From a virus (lineage: Duplodnaviria > Caudoviricetes), in the IMG/VR virus record IMGVR_UViG_3300032373_000075, positions 1 through 33,120 of that record: a stretch of DNA of 33,120 bases. One strand, given 5' to 3'. Positions 7,214 to 15,732 of this stretch are shown in pieces. The notes below the pieces were generated by a model. It was not told the DNA's origin and did not search any database. It saw only the letters and a program-made list of their open reading frames with translations. Numbering within the stretch: position 1 is the first letter of the stretch; every line of letters begins with the position of its first letter. A program made the position numbers and the translations under genes.

Positions 7214-7248
7214 TGATATTATTTGGTGAATTGGAGGCTGTGAAACAT

Positions 7249-7794
7249 ATGACTAATGGTGTAACAATTGATTGGGATTGGGGGAATAAGTCAGAACCTT
7301 ATTTCGTACTTAACTATGTCGATGAGTTCTTTGACTATGACCATAATATAGGTAAACTGAGATGGACAAGTGACAGTGATGCGTTCAGTAGATTACCTTT
7401 GCAAATTAGACAACGATTCAATCCTTCTGATGTTGCAGGGATGGTGAGATACAATCGTGACTATGAACTACAACTAGGTAACACCATTCACCCTGCACTT
7501 CAATTCATATGGGAAAAATGCACAGGTCACCGGTGTAATAGGGTTATGACTATAAAGCCTCGTACGTTGGACAAGGTGTTTAGAATAGACGAGTTATGCT
7601 TGATACCTAACTCATTGAAAAAAACACCTAAGCGTCGAGCAATGAGTCAAATTGTGGTTTCTTGGTGTTATGATAGTGACCGATTTACAGTTGTTGATGT
7701 AGACACAGGTTACAACAAGAAAGTTTTAAGCTATCATGGTGACATTGAATCAGCACTTGAGGCGTTGGATAACCCAGTTGTGAGCTTCCTATGA
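7249..7794 (+). CDS. Degenerate HNH/AP2-endonuclease-like protein
   Basis: RBS GGAGG at 7233; 'FFDYDHNIGKLRW...VAG' resembles HNH endonuclease N-termini and 'VSWCYDSDRFTV...KKVLSYHGDIESA' resembles an AP2 domain; no recognisable DH..N catalytic motif. Confidence 0.55.
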   Translation: MTNGVTIDWDWGNKSEPYFVLNYVDEFFDYDHNIGKLRWTSDSDAFSRLPLQIRQRFNPSDVAGMVRYNRDYELQLGNTIHPALQFIWEKCTGHRCNRVMTIKPRTLDKVFRIDELCLIPNSLKKTPKRRAMSQIVVSWCYDSDRFTVVDVDTGYNKKVLSYHGDIESALEALDNPVVSFL

Positions 7795-8234
7795 GAAGAA
7801 TTAAACTAACAGATATCATTGCTTTACCACCAAAAGAGGCGAATTTTGTTGTTGAGTATGTGAAAGACTTTGCACCGCGTCGTGCTGCTGAAGCGTCTGG
7901 TTATGCGTCTGATACTGGATACAAGTTGCTTCATAAACCTGAAGTGTCTGCTGCCATTGAACATATAGTCAGACAACGATTAGAAGACAACATGATTGAT
8001 GCCGATTGGCTACTTACTGAAATGGTTGATAATCATATGATCGCACGTCAGCAAGGAAACATAACAGCGAGTAACACTGCATTAACTTTGGTGGGTAAGC
8101 ACAAACGCATTGATGCTTTTGCTGCTGATAAAATCAAAGTGAGTACCGATGCTGATGTGGTGGACAGGCTGACTTCTGCTAGGAAGCGCTTGAGCGATAT
8201 CCAACTTGACGACGACACTCCTTCATTTTTCTAA
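7791..8234 (+). CDS. terS: Terminase small subunit
   Basis: 'FVVEYVKDF...RAAEASGYA...LLHKPEV' HTH and 'ALTLVGKH' motifs; directly upstream of terL. Confidence 0.9.
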   Translation: MRRIKLTDIIALPPKEANFVVEYVKDFAPRRAAEASGYASDTGYKLLHKPEVSAAIEHIVRQRLEDNMIDADWLLTEMVDNHMIARQQGNITASNTALTLVGKHKRIDAFAADKIKVSTDADVVDRLTSARKRLSDIQLDDDTPSFF

Positions 8235-8257
8235 GAACCTGTGTTAACCTTCGTCTA

Positions 8258-8325
8258 GCTCGTCGCTGGTCGAATTGGATATCAACAGACCGTCACACTG
8301 TTATGTCGATCACCAGCGACTGAGC
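8258..8325 (+). other. Long stem-loop in the terS-terL intergenic region
   Basis: GCTC-GTCGCTGGT (8258-8270) pairs with ACCAGCGAC-t-GAGC (8312-8325); inner AACAG/CTGTT stem (8284-8302). Confidence 0.6.
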
Positions 8326-8349
8326 ACCAATCAAGTGACAAGGTGACTC

Positions 8350-9864
8350 ATGTCCGATGTAGATATCCAACTAGCTAATGAAATTTCCCGATTCTATGAT
8401 GACCCTTTAGGCTTCGTCTATTTTGCTTATCCGTGGGGTGAACCAGGTGCATTAGAAGGGTTCGAAGGTCCTGACCAATGGCAAGCTGACACATTAAACG
8501 ATATTGCTGACGCTGTTAAAGATAGGAAGTTTAATGGACATACTGCAGTTGATCCTATCCAACTAGCAACGGCATCCGGTCATGGTATCGGTAAAAGTTG
8601 TTTAACTGCTTGGATAGTCAACTGGATAATGTCAACTAGACCTTTTTGCCGTGGTCGAATAACTGCCAACACTGGTGACCAAGTTAGAACTGTGACAATG
8701 AGTGAGATCAGCAAGTGGTTTAGTTTATCGATCACAGGTCATTGGTTCATTGTTAATGCGATGAGTGTCAATCACAGAGCTTATCCTGACAAGTGGCGAG
8801 TTGATGCGTTGACCTGTCGCGAAGAAAACAGTGAAGCATTCGCCGGTCTTCATGCTGCTACATCCACACCTTTCTACATATTCGATGAAGCATCTGCCAT
8901 ACCAGAGAAGATCTGGGAAGTAGCATCTGGTGGGTTGACTGATGGTGAACCTATGCACTTTTGCTTTGGTAACCCAACACGAAACAGTGGGTCATTCTTT
9001 GAGTGTTTCAGGAAAAATAGTCACCGTTGGATAACCAGACAGATTGATAGTCGTACTACAAAAATTGCCAATAAGAAATATTTGAATCGTATCATTGAAG
9101 ATTTCGGTGAAGATAGTGACAGAGCAAGAGTTCGTGTGAGAGGGTTGTTCCCACGGGGTGGCGATATGCAGTTCATTCCGTCCGATGTTGTCTATGATGC
9201 ACAGAAACGTGGCTCAGGGATGTATCTTGGTGATGACCCGTTGATCTGCGGTATTGACATGGCGCGTGGTGGCGATGATAACTGTATGATCCAGTTTCGC
9301 CGTGGTAAGGATGCTAAGTCAGAGAAGGTTTACAAGATACCTGGTGAAAAGTCTCGTGACTCGATGAAGGTTGTTTCATTGTTAACCATGATCCTAGACC
9401 GACATAAACCAGATGTAGCGTTCATGGATAGTGGTTCGATGGGTGGACCAGTTGCAGATAGACTCAGACAACTTGGATATCATGTCATTGATGTTGGTTT
9501 CGGTGAGAATGCTATCGATGTAAAGCACTATAAAAGTCGTACTGCTGAGATGGGGTCACATTGTAGACAGTGGCTATTGGACGGTGGTGCTATTCCTAAT
9601 GACCCACAGCTTGAAACTGAACTGACGTCTCGTGAATTTGGTCACAATGACAAAGATCAACTTGTGCTCGAACGTAAAAAAGATATGAAGAAACGGTTAG
9701 GAGTGTCACCTGATTGGGCTGACGCATTGTATTTAACCTTTGCAGCACCAGTACCAAAACGTGAAATACCACGAGGACATTTGGATCATAGTCCTTATAT
9801 ACGAAACAAAAGCAGAAAAGATTATAATCCTTTGAGTAGTATGGACTCTGACGAGTACTTATAG
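8350..9864 (+). CDS. terL: Terminase large subunit
   Basis: Walker A ASGHGIGKS, Walker B YIFDEAS, GNPTR, nuclease motifs GIDMARGGDD and SPDWADAL. Confidence 0.97.
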   Translation: MSDVDIQLANEISRFYDDPLGFVYFAYPWGEPGALEGFEGPDQWQADTLNDIADAVKDRKFNGHTAVDPIQLATASGHGIGKSCLTAWIVNWIMSTRPFCRGRITANTGDQVRTVTMSEISKWFSLSITGHWFIVNAMSVNHRAYPDKWRVDALTCREENSEAFAGLHAATSTPFYIFDEASAIPEKIWEVASGGLTDGEPMHFCFGNPTRNSGSFFECFRKNSHRWITRQIDSRTTKIANKKYLNRIIEDFGEDSDRARVRVRGLFPRGGDMQFIPSDVVYDAQKRGSGMYLGDDPLICGIDMARGGDDNCMIQFRRGKDAKSEKVYKIPGEKSRDSMKVVSLLTMILDRHKPDVAFMDSGSMGGPVADRLRQLGYHVIDVGFGENAIDVKHYKSRTAEMGSHCRQWLLDGGAIPNDPQLETELTSREFGHNDKDQLVLERKKDMKKRLGVSPDWADALYLTFAAPVPKREIPRGHLDHSPYIRNKSRKDYNPLSSMDSDEYL

Positions 9865-9893
9865 ACATTTATCATTAATATGATATTATCATA
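9862..9893 (+). promoter_or_regulatory. Candidate promoter for the structural operon with a palindrome over the -10 box
   Basis: TAGACA (9862-9867), 16 bp, TG-a-TATTAT (-10 at 9884-9889); TATGATA-T-TATCATA palindrome at 9879-9893. Confidence 0.45.
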
Positions 9894-9919
9894 ACAAGTT
9901 TTTACACTAGGGGAAATTT

Positions 9920-10132
9920 ATGTGCGGAGGTTCACCAAGAGCAGCACCACCACCAGCGGCAGTACCAGAAGCACCACGCGCACCAGATGTTACAGGTAGC
10001 GAGTCAACTGCTGATCGTGACCGACGACGACGTGCATCTGCGGCGGGCGGCGGTAGAAGTACTATTTTGACTGGTGCAAGCGGTGTACAGGAAAGTGGTA
10101 ACACTTTGACTAAAACATTGTTAGGTCAGTAA
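9920..10132 (+). CDS. Small Pro-rich virion-associated protein upstream of the portal
   Basis: MC start, Pro-rich N-terminus, 'RSTILTG' and C-terminal 'KTLLG', as in epsilon15/BPP-1-like podoviruses. Confidence 0.85.
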   Translation: MCGGSPRAAPPPAAVPEAPRAPDVTGSESTADRDRRRRASAAGGGRSTILTGASGVQESGNTLTKTLLGQ

Positions 10133-10135
10133 ACA

Positions 10136-10290
10136 ATGGGAACGGTTGCAATTAATCTTGATACGACTCAGTATGTCAGAGTGACACCAGTAATTTTTGC
10201 AGTGAAACCATTACCCAATCAATCGGGAGACATTACGCGAGTAATATAACTGTCAAGTTCACGGCTCAAGGTTCGGGGTTACAGGAATAA
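10136..10290 (+). pseudogene. Possible deleted or frameshifted gene remnant
   Basis: 37-aa ORF MGTVAINLDTTQYVRV... (10136-10249) and a second-frame tail ...SNITVKFTAQGSGLQE* ending at 10290, just before the portal ATG. Confidence 0.3.
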
Positions 10291-10294
10291 ATAC

Positions 10295-11965
10295 ATGCCA
10301 ACTATTAAAAGTTATAATAAACGACTTGAAGCTTTGAGGTCAGAACGTTCGTCGTTCATACCCCTTTATCGTGAACTGTCAGACTATCATCTAGCACATC
10401 GTGGTCGGTTTCTTACATCTGACAGAAACAAAGGTGGCAAGCGAAACACGAAGCAGATAAACAATACGTCTAGAATGGCAAATAGAACACTAGCATCTGG
10501 AATGATGTCAGGCATCACGTCACCTGCTAGACCTTGGTTTAGACTATCATCCGGTGAAAGTGAACTTGATGATTTGAAGTCAGTTAAAACATGGTTGCAT
10601 CAAGTTCAACAAGTAATGTACAAAGTATTTTCTCATTCTAATACTTATAACTCACTACACCAAATATACTCTGAATTAGGTGTTTTTGGCACGGCTGCTA
10701 TGGGTATATTCCATGACTTCGAAAATGTTATATGGTGTAAACCGTTCACAGTTGGTAGTTATATGCTCGGGTTGAACAGTCGCAATGTTGCTGATAGTTT
10801 CTATCGTGAGTATGAGATTAGTGTCGGTCAATGTATTAAACAATTTGGCGAAGAAAATGTCAGTGAGTCAGTCAAGCAACAATGGGTGAAAGGTAACAGT
10901 GAGTCGTGGGTCAAAATAGTTCACGCGATTGAACCAAATGATGATCGTGACAATGCAAGCCCACTTGCGAATCAGAAACCTTGGCGCTCTGTTTATTATG
11001 AAGCTAAGAATGGAACCAGAGAAGGTACTGAAAAGTTTTTAAAGGAGTCAGGTTTTGATGAGTTCCCTATTGTGGCACCTCGATGGGATGTGACCGCTGA
11101 AGATGTTTATGCCAATGATTGCCCGGGTATAACTTCACTTGGTGACACTAAAGCATTGCAGCTTGCTGAACGTCGCAAGTATCAAGCACTCGATAAAATT
11201 GTTAACCCACCTCTACAAGGACCATCTTCAATGAAGAATAAAATCAATGGTGGTGTATTGGGTCCCGATGATATTGTTTTTCATGAAGATGTGGGACCAG
11301 GGTTACGTAGTGTTTATGACTATCGACCTGATATAAATGCAATCAACAGTGAAATAGACAATGTTGAAAACAGAGTGCAACGTGCATTCTATGAAGATTT
11401 ATTTTTGATGTTGGCACAAACTGACCGTCGTCAAATCACTGCCAGAGAAGTGGCTGAGAAACATGAAGAAAAATTATTGATGCTAGGTCCTGTGCTGGAA
11501 CGTTTACACAATGAGTTACTTGACCCACTGATCGATAGAACATTCAGCATACTTCAACAGAATGGTGTACTACCGCCACCACCACCTGAGTTACAAAATC
11601 GAGAGTTGAATGTTGAATATGTATCAGTATTGGCTCAGGCACAACGACTAGTTGCGACTGGTGCTGTTGATCGGTTAGTTGGGTTCGTTGGTCAGGCTTC
11701 ACAAATATGGCCCGAGGCACGTCACAAAGTTAATATTAATCAAGGCATCGATGAGTATGCTGAATCACTTGGTGTTGATCCTGCCTTGATTAGAAGTGAT
11801 GACGAGGTTGCTGCAATGGCTCAAGCTGAGCAGTTACAAGCTCAACAAGCTCAAGCAATGGCAACAGCACAACAAGGTGTTGATATGGCTAAGTCAGCTT
11901 CTGAAACTGATATGAGTGAAGACAATGCACTCGGTGCAGTGATGCGTCGAGCAGGATTAGCATAA
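10295..11965 (+). CDS. Portal (head-tail connector) protein
   Basis: 556 aa; 'LASGMMSGITSPARPWF', 'ITAREVAEKHEEKLLMLGPVLERL', 'EYVSVLAQAQR' head-tail connector motifs. Confidence 0.97.
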   Translation: MPTIKSYNKRLEALRSERSSFIPLYRELSDYHLAHRGRFLTSDRNKGGKRNTKQINNTSRMANRTLASGMMSGITSPARPWFRLSSGESELDDLKSVKTWLHQVQQVMYKVFSHSNTYNSLHQIYSELGVFGTAAMGIFHDFENVIWCKPFTVGSYMLGLNSRNVADSFYREYEISVGQCIKQFGEENVSESVKQQWVKGNSESWVKIVHAIEPNDDRDNASPLANQKPWRSVYYEAKNGTREGTEKFLKESGFDEFPIVAPRWDVTAEDVYANDCPGITSLGDTKALQLAERRKYQALDKIVNPPLQGPSSMKNKINGGVLGPDDIVFHEDVGPGLRSVYDYRPDINAINSEIDNVENRVQRAFYEDLFLMLAQTDRRQITAREVAEKHEEKLLMLGPVLERLHNELLDPLIDRTFSILQQNGVLPPPPPELQNRELNVEYVSVLAQAQRLVATGAVDRLVGFVGQASQIWPEARHKVNINQGIDEYAESLGVDPALIRSDDEVAAMAQAEQLQAQQAQAMATAQQGVDMAKSASETDMSEDNALGAVMRRAGLA

Positions 11966-12249
11966 TGTCAGATGATATTTTTGATGAAGATAAACCTAGG
12001 AAACATCATAAATCTCGTGAATTAGAACTATTAATCACTAGAAACATCATGAAAATGGAGAATGGTCGATCTTTTATGATGAGATGTTTGCAAAACTGCG
12101 GTACTTTTGAGAACATGTACTCACCAGACGCTAACCAACATTCATATAATGCTGGAAAAAGGTCACATGGGTTGTGGTTAGTAGATGAATTGAAGACTGC
12201 TGCAACCGATGATTATTTTAAAATGCTAAAGGAAAATGAAAATGAGTGA
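11965..12249 (+). CDS. Bbp19-like protein
   Basis: 'GRSFM...CG...YNAGKRSHGLWL' motif; position between portal and scaffold. Confidence 0.8.
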   Translation: MSDDIFDEDKPRKHHKSRELELLITRNIMKMENGRSFMMRCLQNCGTFENMYSPDANQHSYNAGKRSHGLWLVDELKTAATDDYFKMLKENENE

Positions 12250-12898
12250 CGAAACTACAAGCACTACTGAAGTGCAAACTGAAACAGATACAGAAGACAC
12301 TATTGTTGATACCAGCACAGTGTTAACTGCCAAAGATTCTGAGGGAGTTACTCCCGACGATACTGTTACCGATGACAGTGTAACAACTGACAAAGGTGAT
12401 GAAGATACTGGTGAAGGTAACCAGACACCTCCCGACACTTATGCCGATTTTGTTATGCCCGATGGGGTCGAACTTGATGCAGCTTTGTTGACTGAAGCAT
12501 CCCCGCTCTTTAAAGAGTTAGGGTTGAATCAAGAACAAGCTCAGAAATTAGTAGACTTTCAAGCAAAACAAGTCCAGGCGAGTTCGCAGAGTCAGGTCGA
12601 TACTTTCAATCAGTTGATGAACGACTGGCAAGAAAAATCTCAAAATGACAAAGAGTTCGGTGGTGACAAGTTTGAAGAAAATGTTGCCGTTGCACGATCT
12701 GCCATTGCAAGATTTGGGACACCAGAACTGAAGCAACTGCTGGAAGAACACGGTGTGGGAAACCACCCTGAAGTTATCCGGTTTATGGTTAAGGTAGGGA
12801 AGTTAACTGCTGAAGATGACCCTGGTGGTAATACTATCCCCATATCTAAAGCACAAGATCGTGTATCGCTTCTCTATCCTACTGATAAAACTGCCTAA
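12242..12898 (+). CDS. Capsid scaffolding/assembly protein
   Basis: Acidic disordered N-terminus, 'ELGLNQEQAQKLVD', 'GNHPEVIRFMVKVGK...ED'; upstream of the capsid. Start 12242 preferred by RBS spacing (12236 is the alternative). Confidence 0.85.
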   Translation: MSDETTSTTEVQTETDTEDTIVDTSTVLTAKDSEGVTPDDTVTDDSVTTDKGDEDTGEGNQTPPDTYADFVMPDGVELDAALLTEASPLFKELGLNQEQAQKLVDFQAKQVQASSQSQVDTFNQLMNDWQEKSQNDKEFGGDKFEENVAVARSAIARFGTPELKQLLEEHGVGNHPEVIRFMVKVGKLTAEDDPGGNTIPISKAQDRVSLLYPTDKTA

Positions 12899-12916
12899 CT
12901 CATATGAGGTGAAAAC

Positions 12917-13915
12917 ATGGCTACTTTAGGAAATAGCTTCATCGACTTAATCGATGTTTATAAATTGCAAGATGGTCAGGGACAATTTAACCCTGTCATT
13001 GAAATGTTGATGGAAATGAATCCAATATTAGAGGATGCCATTGCGGTTGAATGTAATAAGGGTACAACTCATCTTCACACAGTCCGAACTGGGCTACCTT
13101 CTGTTACTTGGGGTAAGTTGTATCAAGGTATCCCAAACAGTAAAGGTAAGACAGCACAGGTCGAAGACTCCACAGGTTTTGTTGAAGGTTTAAGTACCGT
13201 CGATAAAAGATTACTAGAATTGTCCACCAATGAAGGTGCAGTCCGTTTATCGGAAGCTCAAGCGTTTCTGGAAGCAATGTCAAATGAGGTTGCTAGTAAG
13301 ATTTTTTACGGTAATACTGCCTCTGATCCAGAAGAGTTCATGGGGCTTGCGCCTAGATTCAATCTGACAACTGCTGCCAATGGTGGTCAGATCATTGATG
13401 CAGGTGGAGCAGGTGCAGATAACACTTCCATTTGGTTTGTTACCTGGGGTGATAATCAATGTAATCTGTTGTATCCCAAAGGTACTCAAGCGGGTGTGCA
13501 GCGTGAAGACATGGGTGACCAACGTGTACTTGATGGTAGTGGTAATGCTTACTATGCCAAAGAAGAGAAATTCACTTGGAATGTAGGTTTGTCAGTGAAA
13601 GATTGGCGTTATGTTTCTCGTATCGCTAACATTGACGTTAGCGATATGCAAGCGGGTTCGGTGGCTTTGTATGACTTTATGCGTAAGGCATATTATCAAT
13701 TGCAGAATCGTCGAGTAGCAGGTGGTAACATTGCTATCTATTGTAACCGTGATGTGCTTGAGTCACTAGATGCCTTGGCTACTAATGCCGGTGCTTCTGA
13801 TAACTTCGTAAGACTTAAGCCTGAAATGGTTGAAGGTAAAGAAGTTATGACTTATCGCGGTATTCCTATCCGTGAAACTGATGCGCTTATTAACACTGAA
13901 GCATTAGTGAGCTAA
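12917..13915 (+). CDS. Major capsid protein (BPP-1 Bbp17 / epsilon15 gp7-like)
   Basis: 332 aa; 'VRTGLP', 'FMGLAPRF', 'DWRYVSRIANID', 'YRGIPIRETDAL'. Confidence 0.96.
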   Translation: MATLGNSFIDLIDVYKLQDGQGQFNPVIEMLMEMNPILEDAIAVECNKGTTHLHTVRTGLPSVTWGKLYQGIPNSKGKTAQVEDSTGFVEGLSTVDKRLLELSTNEGAVRLSEAQAFLEAMSNEVASKIFYGNTASDPEEFMGLAPRFNLTTAANGGQIIDAGGAGADNTSIWFVTWGDNQCNLLYPKGTQAGVQREDMGDQRVLDGSGNAYYAKEEKFTWNVGLSVKDWRYVSRIANIDVSDMQAGSVALYDFMRKAYYQLQNRRVAGGNIAIYCNRDVLESLDALATNAGASDNFVRLKPEMVEGKEVMTYRGIPIRETDALINTEALVS

Positions 13916-13956
13916 GTATTACTTGCATCCTTATTAACTAATTTTGGAGATTTATT

Positions 13957-14397
13957 ATGATCTTTTCAGCACAACAACTATTTTCCGATGACCAGGCGAT
14001 CACAGCTTCTGCTGACTCGACTAACGTCATCGATCTGGGTGTGGCAGGTACTCCGTATGATGCGGCTGCTGCTTTGAACCAAGATGTCGGTAAAGGTAAC
14101 CCTATACCAATACTGGTTCAGGTGACTACTGCAATGACGGCGGTTGGTGCAGCTACACTTGTCATTAACATTTCAACAGGTGCGACTACTGCACTAGGCA
14201 CAACTATAGCGTCAGTTGGTCCTATTGCTAAAGCTGACCTTGTTGCTGGTTATCAAGCTGCAATTCAAGTTTTACCGAACAAAATCACTGAACGGTATTT
14301 AGGTATTGAATATGTAGTTGCAACTGGTCCTATGACCGCTGGTAATATTACAGCCGGTATCACTATGGGTAACCAGACTAACGTCACTGGTGCATAA
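13957..14397 (+). CDS. Capsid cement protein (Bbp16-like)
   Basis: 'FSDDQAITASADSTNVIDLG', 'RYLGIEYVVATGPMTAG'; follows the capsid gene. Confidence 0.88.
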   Translation: MIFSAQQLFSDDQAITASADSTNVIDLGVAGTPYDAAAALNQDVGKGNPIPILVQVTTAMTAVGAATLVINISTGATTALGTTIASVGPIAKADLVAGYQAAIQVLPNKITERYLGIEYVVATGPMTAGNITAGITMGNQTNVTGA

Positions 14398-14404
14398 TTG
14401 AGTT

Positions 14405-14429
14405 GGGGCTTACGCCCCTTCACATTTTT
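14405..14429 (+). terminator. Weak terminator or stabilising hairpin after the capsid genes
   Basis: GGGGC-TTAC-GCCCC followed by TTCACATTTTT. Confidence 0.55.
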
Positions 14430-14440
14430 GGAGAACGCAA

Positions 14441-14740
14441 ATGATTAGTTACAAAGTTTTAAAACAGGGTTTCATGAATGGACGGATGTATGATCCTGAA
14501 GGGAAGCGTCCAATATTGTATGCAGAAAAGCCGTTCCCTTCGGTTAAGAAGAAGGAACAAGTACCATCGTGGCTTGAGCGGATTAAATCTGAAACGGCTG
14601 CACAGGTGAAAGCACGTGTCGAATTGGAAGCTGAAAAAGCTGAAGCTGAAAAAGTGAAAGCTGAAGAAGATCAGAAAGAGATCGCAGAAGCTTCTTTTCT
14701 TGGTGAAGGTGAAAACTCAGGCACTGTCGAAACTCTTTAA
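14441..14740 (+). CDS. Hypothetical virion-module protein
   Basis: RBS GGAG; charged helical C-terminus; located in the structural operon. Confidence 0.8.
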   Translation: MISYKVLKQGFMNGRMYDPEGKRPILYAEKPFPSVKKKEQVPSWLERIKSETAAQVKARVELEAEKAEAEKVKAEEDQKEIAEASFLGEGENSGTVETL

Positions 14741-14748
14741 GGTGATTT

Positions 14749-15060
14749 ATGTCTGATGACCAAGTGAAAATTAAAAAGCAATCCAATGATTTTGAAGGTT
14801 CGATTTGCTGTTCTGATGATGCCCACTACCCATACGGCACCAGTTTAAGTTTTGACAATGATATGATTGACGAACTTGGTATGGGGAGTCTTGCTGTTGG
14901 TGACGTGGTCGAAGTCAGAGGGTTTGCTTTTGTAGATAGAAAAAATGAGCACAGTAATACTGAAGGTTCAGAAAAAAATATCAACTTGCAACTCACAACT
15001 GTTCAAATTCGACGTGAAACTGATGACAGAGTCAAACAACTGTATGGATCTGATTCATAA
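14749..15060 (+). CDS. Capsid staple-like protein (epsilon15 gp10-like)
   Basis: 'YPYGTSLSFDNDMIDELG...VGD...LQLT...LYG' pattern; RBS AAGGTG. Confidence 0.65.
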   Translation: MSDDQVKIKKQSNDFEGSICCSDDAHYPYGTSLSFDNDMIDELGMGSLAVGDVVEVRGFAFVDRKNEHSNTEGSEKNINLQLTTVQIRRETDDRVKQLYGSDS

Positions 15061-15072
15061 TTAAGGTGATTT

Positions 15073-15729
15073 ATGGCTTCTGAAATTGAAGTGTGCAACT
15101 TAGGATTAAGTAATGTTCGTGGTGGTAGCATTAACTCTTTTACTGAAGGGAGTGTGCAAGCTCAACTTTGTAAATTGAAGTATCCTATTTTACGTGACAG
15201 ATGTTTACGCGAGATACCGTGGCAATTCAATCATAAAATTCGAGCACTAGCACCTGTCACAACTGATATTTTCAACTGGGCTTATGCTTACCAGTATCCT
15301 ACCGATTGTTTAAAGATCAATCGATTGATTGGATCTTTCGAAGAGTTACCCGTTGGTAGCTCAGACGTAGCATCAAGAGTGCTAGACAGTCGTGTGATAT
15401 CGTTAAGGGAACAACGAAGACAAATTCCGTATGAAGTATTCAATTTTGATGATAACAAAATACTGGGTTCAGATCAGTCTGAGTTACGTATTGACTTCAA
15501 TGCCAAAGTAACCGATCCTAATTTATTCAGTGACGATTTTATAATGGCATTATCGCATTTATTAGCGTCAGAGTTAGCTATACCTATTGTTGGTGCTGAG
15601 TTAGGTCGAGCTTTACGTAACGATTCACTGCAACTTTATAAACAGTATCTAGACTCAGCTATCGCTAGTGATGCAAACGATCAGTATGCTACCCCACAGG
15701 TAAGTGAGTTTGTCACGATCAGAGGTTAA
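15073..15729 (+). CDS. Tail adaptor (tail tubular protein A-like)
   Basis: 'SEIEVCNLGLS', 'PWQF', 'WAYAYQYPTDCL', 'LASELAIPI'. Confidence 0.88.
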   Translation: MASEIEVCNLGLSNVRGGSINSFTEGSVQAQLCKLKYPILRDRCLREIPWQFNHKIRALAPVTTDIFNWAYAYQYPTDCLKINRLIGSFEELPVGSSDVASRVLDSRVISLREQRRQIPYEVFNFDDNKILGSDQSELRIDFNAKVTDPNLFSDDFIMALSHLLASELAIPIVGAELGRALRNDSLQLYKQYLDSAIASDANDQYATPQVSEFVTIRG

Positions 15730-15732
15730 TCA

